A DNA stretch of 63,021 bases, the filler included, from Asterionella formosa (Eukaryota), in assembly GCA_002256025.1 (NCBI GenBank). It is 16 parts of 16 records of this genome, joined end to end, with 100 filler letters (N's around TTAATTAATTAA, not from the genome) between each part and the next. Parts side by side here need not be neighbours in the genome. Positions count along the whole stretch, not along the records: positions 17,369 to 33,529 come from NKIB01005067.1; positions 33,630 to 34,633 come from NKIB01005068.1; 14 more parts are not named here. One strand, given 5' to 3'. The notes beneath the pieces were generated by a model, which made no database searches, was not told where the DNA came from, and worked only from the letters and a program-made list of their open reading frames with translations. The position numbers and the translations under genes were made by a program. Numbering within the stretch: position 1 is the stretch's first letter; each line of letters starts with the position of its first letter. Below are positions 24,916-34,733 of the stretch, piece after piece.

Positions 24916-26622
24916 ATGAAGCGAACAGTAGCCCTCGTTGGTGCTCTGCTCTTCTCTGCCAACCATGCTGGCGCGTTTACTATTCCAAGCTCTGCGTTGT
25001 CCCGATCTCTGATTGCCAAATCCATAATGCCGGGGCCGACGACAAGCGCTAGCTGGAACTCGAAAGGTTTGAAAATGAGCGACGTTGTCGCAGGGGAGGA
25101 TCCTTTGTTCGAACCCCTTGGCGTGGGCATCAAGCGAGATATTTCCACGAGACTTCCGCACTTCAAGTCAGACATCACCGACGGATTCAATCTTCAGTGC
25201 CTGGCCGCAATTATGTTTCTATTCTTTGCTTGTTTAGCACCTGCCGTTGGCTTTGGAGGACTTTTTTCTATTGCCACAAACGGCGCTATAGGAACTATGG
25301 AGATGGTCAGTTCAACTGCTGCTTGCGGAGTCATCTACGCATTGACTGCTGCACAGCCATTAACGATTATCGGATCAACTGGGCCGGTTCTTGCCTTTGT
25401 GGCATGCTTAGTGCAACTTGCCAGTATCATGAGCCTCCCCTTCCTTCCTCTCTACACTTGGACTGGACTCTGGACTGCTGCTATCCTTTTTATCTCCTCT
25501 ATTACATCGGCGTCTAACCTGGTCAAGTACTTGACTCGATTCACTGATGAGATCTTCTCAGTCCTTATCAGTGCTATCTTCATTGTTGAGGCCGTCTCCG
25601 ATGTCAGCGCAACGTTTTCTAGTCCATCCTCTAACTTTGCAAAAGCCTTGTTGACCTTAACTTTGACAACTGTCACGTATGCTACGTCCACCTTTTTGAA
25701 GGGACTCCGCAACACTGCGTACCTATCCAAATCTGCACGAGACACCATTTCCAACTTTGCTCCTACTATTGGTGTCGTGGTTGCATCATTGATTGCCAAG
25801 TGGGCCAGGGTTACTCATGGACCTGGAATTGCCGGACTTCCTTCTCTTTCCCTCCCTGCCACCTTTGCCTCGACTTCTGGACGCCCATGGTTGGTACCTC
25901 TCATGGAGTTGCCAGTATGGGCTCGTTGGGCTTCCATTATTCCTGCCTTGATGGCCACTGTGTTGCTGTTTTTGGATCAAAACATTACTGTTCGTGTTGT
26001 CAACAACCCTCGCTACAAGATGACAAAAGGACGTCGATTGGGTAATGTCTTGGATGGAATGCATGCTGATATGCTCGTCATATCCATTTTGACCGCCCTT
26101 CAATCACTTATTGGCTTTCCTTGGCTCGTTGCTGCTACAGTTCGTAGTATCTCTCATGTTCGGGCACTTTCTAAATTCGATGAGAAGACTGGCGAAATAT
26201 CCGGATCTATCGAACAGCGGGTGACTGGCACAGCAATTCATGCTCTTATCGGATGCTGCGTCTTGTTACCCAAACCTCGAGCACTCCTCACACAAGTTCC
26301 TCTTCCTGTTCTAATGGGATTGTTCATGTACTTGGGGGTTTCCGCTCTACCAGGAAACGAAATGTGGGAAAGAATTACGGGCTTCTTCAAGGACAGTGCG
26401 GTTGCTCCCAAACAGCCTTGGACGGATAAAGTCCCTACTAAAATTGTCAACCTATTTACCATGATTCAAGTTGCCTGCCTTGGGGCCATGTTCTACGTCA
26501 AGAGCAGTAGCTTCGGTGTCCTATTTCCCGTGGTTATTGCTATGCTCGCTCCTCTACGCTTCGCTCTTGAGAAAACAGGCCTAGTCAAGAAGGAGTACAT
26601 TGATATTCTCGACGACGAATAA
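24916..26622 (+). CDS. SLC4: SLC4-family bicarbonate/anion transporter with bipartite plastid-targeting presequence
   Basis: FLFFACLAPAVGFGG, AQPLTIIGSTGP, TRFTDEIF, LLFLDQNIT, PWLVAATVRSISH and EQRVTG motifs. The N-terminal signal peptide ends AGA-FT. Confidence 0.93.
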   Translation: MKRTVALVGALLFSANHAGAFTIPSSALSRSLIAKSIMPGPTTSASWNSKGLKMSDVVAGEDPLFEPLGVGIKRDISTRLPHFKSDITDGFNLQCLAAIMFLFFACLAPAVGFGGLFSIATNGAIGTMEMVSSTAACGVIYALTAAQPLTIIGSTGPVLAFVACLVQLASIMSLPFLPLYTWTGLWTAAILFISSITSASNLVKYLTRFTDEIFSVLISAIFIVEAVSDVSATFSSPSSNFAKALLTLTLTTVTYATSTFLKGLRNTAYLSKSARDTISNFAPTIGVVVASLIAKWARVTHGPGIAGLPSLSLPATFASTSGRPWLVPLMELPVWARWASIIPALMATVLLFLDQNITVRVVNNPRYKMTKGRRLGNVLDGMHADMLVISILTALQSLIGFPWLVAATVRSISHVRALSKFDEKTGEISGSIEQRVTGTAIHALIGCCVLLPKPRALLTQVPLPVLMGLFMYLGVSALPGNEMWERITGFFKDSAVAPKQPWTDKVPTKIVNLFTMIQVACLGAMFYVKSSSFGVLFPVVIAMLAPLRFALEKTGLVKKEYIDILDDE

Positions 26623-26785
26623 TAACACTTGAACTATGCAATTCGAGATTCATTGTTGAAATCATGGCTTATCCGTGCCTGCATAAGCAATATAATATGC
26701 CCCCGTAATATGAGTAGATTGATATTTGGGAAAAGCAATTAGGGATAATGCCACATGTCACGATCTTAAGACCTCAACCCATTCC

Positions 26786-28357
26786 TTAGCTGCCTTTGCT
26801 CTTAGCCTTACTTGCGCCTATAGCAACAATATCAATCCCCAAACGCTTCAAGTTTCTGATCGTTTTTCGACGACACTTCTTGAAAAATTTCTTCTCCTGC
26901 ACTCGCCGCTTTTCTCCCTGAATCACTTGGCTTGCGCGGAGGGTTTCTATTGAAGGCTCTTGCTGAATATTCTTTAGCTTTGTGAAAACATCAACGGGAC
27001 CACGCCCAGGACCTTTGGGCAGTTGGGTAAGAATATCAATCATTTCTTCTTCGTCATAGTCTTCTTCATCTCGCTCATCAAGGAATTCAACTCGTCGTTG
27101 CGAAGGCAGAGAAATATATTCTAGCAAGTTGGATCCTGCCGGTGGCGTGTAACGAAATGGGTCATCTTGTACCCATGATCGTATCAAGGAGTACATCGAA
27201 GCATCTTCTTGATGTGCATCAAAGTTAATCCTTCGATTGAGAATATGAAAAATTGCGGAAGCGTCCTTAGGCATGGCCTTTCTAATTTGTTCCTTTGTGA
27301 CTTTGAAAAGAGTAGTATCATAAAGAGCACATTTGTTTCTACATTCGGATGTTGCGGCCACATCAGGTGCATGCCGCAAAGTGGGTAAAATTGCGTTTGA
27401 AAGCGGGGGCATGTCTGGCACATTTTCGTGTTGTGGATTTTTCTTGCTGTAATAGTAAGCTTCACGGTTTTCTTGTTTATTCCTACATTGATGATTCGTA
27501 GCAGACGTGGCACCAGCAGTCATAATGGCGAGCCTCTCCTTTCTGCTGGGTAACAATGCGGCTTTACGAGCAGCTTCCTTGATTGCCTCGTGCTTGGCTC
27601 TTGTTTCGTCACCAATTGGAGGCCAAGTTTGAGACGCATTTCTTGTTGACCGCCCATCTGGTCCAAAACTTTGAACCCGATATTGCAAATTGTTGATCCC
27701 TTTTCTATTTTTTGAGTGGAATTTCACGTTCGTCATATTATAGGTCGATGGATTCTTCGGCACATTGGGGCCACTATGGGCCGATGTCGATGTGGGATAG
27801 AGTGATGGACCATGTTGTTGGTAGTGGTGGTGGTGGTGGTAACAGTGGTGCTGATGTTGATGCTGCACTTGTCCATATTGGGGTGGAGACTGCATGAAGC
27901 TGCCACCATACGGAGCATTCACTGCTTGGAAATTGGGTCCTCCTGCGACCATCATTTGTCGCGATGCGAAGGGATACATGGGCATAGCTGGCTGAGGAAA
28001 ATTCATTTGCTGATGATTAGGATGAGCGAGGGGCATGCCATGATTTGTAGCCCCAAATGGCCGAAGTCCCGATACAGTTCCATTGATGTTGTGTTGATAC
28101 ATGTTCATATTGAGTTGTGAATGAGGAAAAGGAGGTCTTTCCTGTCCTACATTCATGAATTGATTGGAATGGTGTAAGTTTGTAGCAGAACACGGATGTC
28201 TCCGACCTGGCGAGTTTGCGGATTCGTCTGTGTCTGCCGTTGCTGATGGAATGTCGTTGTCATTGTGTGCTGGAGCGAGCTGGGCAGAGCGAGGATCAGT
28301 ACCAGTACAGCTGGCACCTCCGTCCGTTTCATTCTTGTCGAAGCCATTCGAGTTCAT
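26786..28357 (-). CDS. LIN37: LIN37-like MuvB/DREAM subunit with long Q/H/P/N-rich N-terminus
   Basis: RRINFD....ASMYSLIRSWVQDDP matches the LIN37 conserved block (LY.LCR.W...P), followed by a basic helical C-terminus. Confidence 0.6.
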   Translation of the reverse strand: MNSNGFDKNETDGGASCTGTDPRSAQLAPAHNDNDIPSATADTDESANSPGRRHPCSATNLHHSNQFMNVGQERPPFPHSQLNMNMYQHNINGTVSGLRPFGATNHGMPLAHPNHQQMNFPQPAMPMYPFASRQMMVAGGPNFQAVNAPYGGSFMQSPPQYGQVQHQHQHHCYHHHHHYQQHGPSLYPTSTSAHSGPNVPKNPSTYNMTNVKFHSKNRKGINNLQYRVQSFGPDGRSTRNASQTWPPIGDETRAKHEAIKEAARKAALLPSRKERLAIMTAGATSATNHQCRNKQENREAYYYSKKNPQHENVPDMPPLSNAILPTLRHAPDVAATSECRNKCALYDTTLFKVTKEQIRKAMPKDASAIFHILNRRINFDAHQEDASMYSLIRSWVQDDPFRYTPPAGSNLLEYISLPSQRRVEFLDERDEEDYDEEEMIDILTQLPKGPGRGPVDVFTKLKNIQQEPSIETLRASQVIQGEKRRVQEKKFFKKCRRKTIRNLKRLGIDIVAIGASKAKSKGS

Positions 28358-29258
28358 TGCTCATCGACTTTGCATTTCCTCCTTCTGGTAGAGGATGTGA
28401 TGTATTAATTATGTTGCACTTGCTGTCACAGGTCATGCTTTTTGCANNNNNNNNNNNNNNNNNNNNNNNNNNNNNNNNNNNNNNNNNNNNNNNNNNNNNN
28501 NNNNNNNNNNNNNNNNNNNNNNNNNNNNNNNNNNNNNNNNNNNNNNNNNNNNNNNNNNNNNNNNNNNNNNNNNNNNNNNNNNNNNNNNNNNNNNNNNNNN
28601 NNNNNNNNNNNNNNNNNNNNNNNNNNNNNNNNNNNNNNNNNNNNNNNNNNNNNNNNNNNNNNNNNNNNNNNNNNNNNNNNNNNNNNNNNNNNNNNNNNNN
28701 NNNNNNNNNNNNNNNNNNNNNNNNNNNNNNNNNNNNNNNNNNNNNNNNNNNNNNNNNNNNNNNNNNNNNNNNNNNNNNNNNNNNNNNNNNNNNNNNNNNN
28801 NNNNNNNNNNNNNNNNNNNNNNNNNNNNNNNNNNNNNNNNNNNNNNNNNNNNNNNNNNNNNNNNNNNNNNNNNNNNNNNNNNNNNNNNNNNNNNNNNNNN
28901 NNNNNNNNNNNNNNNNNNNNNNNNNNCATCTGAGCACCGCTGAACACACTGCCGGTAGCTATGCATTCTCTGCAACATACCCCCGTACTCGTTATCAATA
29001 CTAGCTACTGAGAAAATAGTTTATTCATAGATGTCCTACCTGTACAACACCGTACTCCCAATATTCTCGCATCAACCCTCCCTTCTTACCGATACTTTTG
29101 GTCGAAGCATGCATGCTTGCTACTACATGCCTCCACCCTATTCTCCTGCAAACAGTTGACTAGTAATTCAGGCCATACACAAAAAGAATTGCCCTCCTCC
29201 TCCTTCACTCTTCCTTGCTTCCCATTTATCAGTATCAGCTGTTCAGAGTTGTGCCATC

Positions 29259-31072
29259 ATGGTGGGAAGTATCGAAGAACCTGTCATTTCCAGACGCAAT
29301 GTCATTCGCGCATTCAAGGTCCGTGGCCTTACCTTGCAAGCGACAGCCTTAGATGGGATGATGAGTGTCCTCGCACAAGAACAAACTAGCGCTCAACATG
29401 TTCTCAAAGCCATTGTGGAAGAACTTGTGGATCGTACGGTCGCGTCCAGTCAAAAAGTAATCACCAAGACACTTCTTGCCACTGTTGTGGCAGACATGAG
29501 TCGTAATGCCAAAGACGTTAATGACGAGGCGCTTCAATTGTTGGACGCCTTTGAGACGCCGAGGTTGCAGTACGATACTACCAGAAAGCAATTTACGCTC
29601 ATGACAGAAGGCAAGGAAAAGAGGTCCTTATTTGGTGCACCTGAAGATAAGGTGAGAGCAATCTAGGTATACGTATGCATGGAGTGAATTCATTGACAAA
29701 AGGGCGGTCAATGAACTCATAGATTTACCATGCTGCATCACAGCACGAGGACAGATACTAAGTGCTATGAAATAGAATTTCAAATGACATTTTCGCTTAC
29801 GACTCATTTAATATCCAAAACAAACAGGTCGACATGTTTGCGCAACGATTCGCTCTAATCCAGCAACGAATCCTCCGACAGGACCTGTTTCGGCCAAAGC
29901 TCATCTCGTCCAATGGCCGTGGGGCATCGACCGATGACAGGAATGTGACACACTCAATCACACCCTTGGAAAGCATGCTGGGTCGTCACGGGGTACGCTT
30001 TTTGTTGGGAATGATTGTGCAAGTCGACGAAGGGAACTACTTTCTGGAAGATGCATCTGCTCAGGTTCCGCTTTTTCTGGATGATGCCATGGTATTGACT
30101 GATGGATTTATTACAGAGAATTGTATTGTGTTGGTGGAAGGGGAAATGGTCGATGGGGTGCTTCATGTGCACCGTATTGGAAATCCAATCATTGAAGACC
30201 GGGCTGAGTCGTTAGACAGCATTGGGCTCCAACAAACAGATATATTTGGATGCATGTCTACTATTGCTCAGCTAGAGGATATTCGAGAACAAGAACAGGA
30301 GCATGACGGAATGTTTGTCATTCTGTCAGATTTGCATCTGGACAAGATCGGTGTCATGGAACGGTTGGAATTTATGCTGGGCAAGTATCAAGAGATTGAT
30401 GGCGACTTGCCTGTCTTTGTATTCATGGGAAACTTTGCAACATCTTCCGACCCCAAGACTGTCATTGGGTACTTGGACGAATTGGCCAACATGATTGGAA
30501 ACATGCCTCGGTTGGCAAAAGAAGGCAAATTTGTCTTCGTTCCTGGTCCCAGGGACCCTGGTATGGGACTTGTCCTTCCACGTCCTCCCCTCCCCAACTA
30601 CTGCACCCAGGGATTGCGCAGCAAACTGCAGCATGTCAAGTTTGCTTCGAATCCTTGTCGAATACGGTATTTCAGCAAAGAACTCGTCTTTTTCCGTCAA
30701 GACACGCTGCAAACCCTACGTCGAAACTGTATCCTCAAACCTCGTACGGGCAGTGACTGGGCACAGCATACTGTTAAGACCTTACTGGATCAGGGACATT
30801 TGTCGCCCCTTCCTACCCCGATTTACTGGCAATACGACCATGCCCTTCGCCTTTATCCATTGCCAGATGCAGTTATTTTGGGGGATCGTGTCGATCAATT
30901 CTTTGAAAATTATTCTTCCTGCGATTGCATTAACCCTGGACCATTTTCAAATGATTTTTCTTTTGTTGTTTATCGTCCAATTGCTGACGTTGACAAGGAT
31001 GGAACAACAAAGAGCGATGTAGAGTTTAGTGCTGTGCCAGACGAAGTGTCGAAAGAAGGGGCAACGGCATGA
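29259..31072 (+). CDS. POLE2: DNA polymerase epsilon subunit 2; exons 29259-29651, 29828-31072
   Basis: GFITENCIVLVEG, FVILSDLHLD, FVFMGNF, FVFVPGPRDPG, SNPCRI, TLLDQGHLSP and DHALRLYPLPD motifs. The GTGAGA..AACAG intron is in phase 0. Confidence 0.95.
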
Positions 31073-31185
31073 GGTTTTCGATTCTAGTGTTGGTGGAAAT
31101 TAAAGAGCTATGAGAAATAAATAATTTGACTAGCTGAAAAATAGTCGTCCATTGTTCTCTTCCATATATTTTTATTGTTTTTCGT

Positions 31186-32109
31186 CTACAATTCCTTCTT
31201 CGCCTTGTGGTCATTGCTCGCGGTGGATGGGTCCGGGAGCAGGTCTGGGACAGTATCAGTCGTGGCCACTTTCTCCTGGTTTGAACTTCTCCCCTCTGCT
31301 GTCGCATTAGGTTTCGTGTAACCAAAGGGACTTAACGCCTTTTTCCTCTTTTTCCGTGTGACCTCCTTGTCGAATGAATGACTGCGAATAACGAAGAGAA
31401 GCATTTCCACAACGAGCATGAATACTCCCGAGACGACACCCGCAATTACTCCTTTAATGTTCACCTTCTCGCCTTTCCTGTGGGCGCCCTCCATTTTCTC
31501 AGGTCCGTCCACCCAAGAAAAAATCTGACCCGCAAAAAAGTACATGAATACGCCAAAAGAAATGGGAGCGACAATCATGTTCAAACCAACCGAAGCAGCA
31601 TATGTCATGGACCTAGTCGTCACATCGTCATCAACCACGTGGTCAAGATTCGAAGTCAACCTATGGTATCGCGTTTCTTCTGCTCTTAGTCTCAAATTTT
31701 CCATGCGCTTCTTAAATCGCCGCGATTCTGGCGTTTCCTTGCCTTCAGCAGGAGGTTTCGAGTAGACCAAGGAAGCGTTGCGGAGGGCCTGGTCGAGTTT
31801 GACAAGGTCCGATGCCGGCAGAATAGAATACATGGCTCGAATGACATTCAAAGGAACGGGTGTTTGTGGGCTTGATTCTTTTTGAAAGTCGACAAGAGTC
31901 TGCTTGGCGGCCTGGATTGGCATCGTTGCCATGGCATTGCTCACGATTGCTGCATTGTTGAAATCGTCGGATTCATTGCGCGCGGCATTGGATAACTCAA
32001 TGCAGCGCGCCACGAGGGCTTCTAGTTCAGCATTGGATGGAATTCCCTCCAATATCTTGATGTAGCCATTTCCTGACCTTTCGGGGAGATTCCAAGGCCA
32101 CTTTGCCAT
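31186..32109 (-). CDS. TMEM199: ER V-ATPase assembly factor Vma12/TMEM199-like
   Basis: RMENLRLRAEETRYHRLTSN is followed by two hydrophobic segments ending LVVEMLLFVIR, with a basic C-terminal tail. Confidence 0.7.
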   Translation of the reverse strand: MAKWPWNLPERSGNGYIKILEGIPSNAELEALVARCIELSNAARNESDDFNNAAIVSNAMATMPIQAAKQTLVDFQKESSPQTPVPLNVIRAMYSILPASDLVKLDQALRNASLVYSKPPAEGKETPESRRFKKRMENLRLRAEETRYHRLTSNLDHVVDDDVTTRSMTYAASVGLNMIVAPISFGVFMYFFAGQIFSWVDGPEKMEGAHRKGEKVNIKGVIAGVVSGVFMLVVEMLLFVIRSHSFDKEVTRKKRKKALSPFGYTKPNATAEGRSSNQEKVATTDTVPDLLPDPSTASNDHKAKKEL

Positions 32110-32939
32110 TGGCTGTGATTTCAGGGAATAGCAATTAGCTGAAGCTAGGCAATTTTACTAAATATGATAGCTTCAAGCAATACTGCGAGATATCATATGC
32201 GGCGGTGACAAAAAATTTTGGATCAACACAGGCAGTGCCACTATCAGTATGAGTGTTGAGGAGGGGTCGATCTGTTATGCTACTACCGGTAGTATGTCAA
32301 GTGAAATACACGCTATTGATCAATGAATATCCATACCGGTATATATTTCATTTCCTTTCTTGTACATAAGATATAGATAGGAGAACAGCATAACGATACG
32401 GCCCTGTGCCGTATATCTCGCACTCCCACCATTTTATTCCATACCACCCAACCACAGCACTCACATCCTCATGCCGGGTCATTGAAAAAGGCTGGCTACT
32501 ACCATGGTAATGCGATCATCATCACAAGACATTGTCACATATACTTTAGGCAAATGCTTTCCTCAAAAAGCACACATCACATCTACATCTATACTTGGAA
32601 ATGATGTTACCGGCAATAATTAGAGTAGAGTTGTAAACTGATAAGATTGCGGGATTAAGTTACAAGAATGCTACACTGATAAAGTGAAGAAGTCTCAGTG
32701 CTCACAGTGATGGCCGAAAAGAGCGAATGCATCATTTCCTGTAAGCGACTATGTATCGACCTATAACTCAGTACACAATGCATGTATCCCAGTCCATTCA
32801 GACCAACACGGCGAGATAGTGAGAACTGACAAGAAACACTGCTCTGACTGGACGTAGTTTCTGTTTAATGCAAACTTCCAAAATGGCACTCTAGAGCCTT
32901 TCATCGTCAAACATACATCTAAATCTTGAACGTGACTTT

Positions 32940-33527
32940 TTATTTGTCGAAAACGCGCCTCATTAGCAAATTCGCAAAGTCAGAATCAGAGACTTGCTCG
33001 ATGTTGCACGAACATCCGAGATGAGGCATGAGTTTCAAAGCCAAGAGATGCTTGCAAAGTTCATATTGGTCACTTTTCGCTCTCTCAAAAAAAGAGCGAC
33101 ATGAGCAATAGTAGAAAGCGTCTTTTACAGGAGATATTGGCTCAAACAAACAAAAGTATATTTCGAGATTAGTATTTCGGCCATGCCCAGACCTTGAGGT
33201 TCCTTGAACAAGGTAGGCCTTGCGGTTGGAGGGAGTGGCACAAATCTGCGTGATTGCTCTGTCTGTATCCAGAACAATTAGTGCTGACTCAAGCGATGAT
33301 CCTCCGTACAAGAAATCTGCCGCTCGAAGAAGTTCTTCTCGTTTCTTTTTGAGTTTGTCGCTCACTTCTCGAGCGGGTTTTGTTTCCTTTGGTCCCGTTG
33401 ATTCGTTGTCATTTTCTTGGCCGCTACATTCCGCATCCCATATTTCGGTAGATTCCAAGTACTTGTCTAATAAGTGGAGCGGATGAAGAGTATATGGGGG
33501 AATGTGCGAGTCAAGGGCAGAGGTCAT
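32940..33527 (-). CDS. ZSWIM7: SWIM zinc-finger protein, ZSWIM7/SWS1-like (start abuts gap)
   Basis: LESALIVLD, YLVQGTS and YYCSCRSF..(x)..LCKHLLA (CxC-xn-CxH) motifs. Its size is typical for Sws1. Confidence 0.75.
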   Translation of the reverse strand: MTSALDSHIPPYTLHPLHLLDKYLESTEIWDAECSGQENDNESTGPKETKPAREVSDKLKKKREELLRAADFLYGGSSLESALIVLDTDRAITQICATPSNRKAYLVQGTSRSGHGRNTNLEIYFCLFEPISPVKDAFYYCSCRSFFERAKSDQYELCKHLLALKLMPHLGCSCNIEQVSDSDFANLLMRRVFDK

Positions 33528-34180
33528 TGNNNNNNNNNNNNNNNNNNNNNNNNNNNNNNNNNNNNNNNNNNNNTTAATTAATTAANNNNNNNNNNNNNNN
33601 NNNNNNNNNNNNNNNNNNNNNNNNNNNNNTTGTCAGCTACTCATCCTCTGGTTCTTTTTCTATATTGTACTTGCTAGAGTTATCGCTGTAGACTATTTGT
33701 AGCTGCTCCGAGACGGAGAAGGCCATTGTGGCACATCTCAATTTCGATTCACTACGGAGACATGCAATGCTCAACGATGCTCAACAAGTACCAACGGTGC
33801 TTTATTTCCAATCTGGCAGGCTATTGTAATCTCTACAATCAACAATGACTTAATTATGTGTCTACAACATCAACTACTACTACGTGTGCTGAATTCTACA
33901 GTGTGAATCTTCCTCTTGCATGTGTTATTCTTTGCCAGTTCAGATCAAAGAAATATGTCGGAGCGGAAAAAATAATAAGTGAATCGGAATTGGCGACTCT
34001 TTCGTTCATTATATGGTGAAAGCAGCATAATATTGCGGCAGAGCAGCATAATTTCGCTTTTAAACTGTTGCGATGGCTAGTTGGTCAACATATATTGTCA
34101 CGAACACACATAATTATTGGTGTGATCACATAATTATTTGATAAGTGAAATAAATTTTTGTTTAACCCGAATAAATTAGG

Positions 34181-34258
34181 GAAAAAGTAGCATAATATTT
34201 CAAAAAAGTAACATAATATTTTAGAAAAGTAACATAATATTTTAAAAAAGTAGCATAA
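34181..34258. repeat. 21-bp tandem repeat x4 (AAAAGTARCATAATATTT)
   Basis: Four consecutive units, with related GCAGCATAAT copies at 34022-34051. Possibly transposon subterminal repeats. Confidence 0.75.
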
Positions 34259-34733
34259 ATACGTCACTTTACACATAAATTCGAAAAAGTGCCGTAAACG
34301 GCGTCTTAGATGTTGTTTTCGCTGCAGCTCAGCTGCTGATATTCGTTTGTACAGGGTATAGTGTGTGTGTGCACTCTAGAGCTAGCTACCGGTAGAGCAC
34401 TAGCTAATATATAATCAGACTCAAAGGATATACTTGGTGTACATGATACGAGAGATCAAGAACGAAGGAAACTGAGGGAATCAGATTCTCATGTACAACA
34501 AATTTGTCATTAGCAAGTTGAGAAGTTGTAAAGAAGAGTTGATTTATGACTAAGTCCCTGACGAGGAAGCAAGATGGCATCGGTATCAAGCCAACAATGT
34601 TTTGACAGTTTCAACAAAAATTATCTAAAATGTNNNNNNNNNNNNNNNNNNNNNNNNNNNNNNNNNNNNNNNNNNNNTTAATTAATTAANNNNNNNNNNN
34701 NNNNNNNNNNNNNNNNNNNNNNNNNNNNNNNNN

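Noticed and set aside
28216..29004. Long ORFs across N gaps (also 48337-49271)
   Set aside because: Artefacts of translating Ns.
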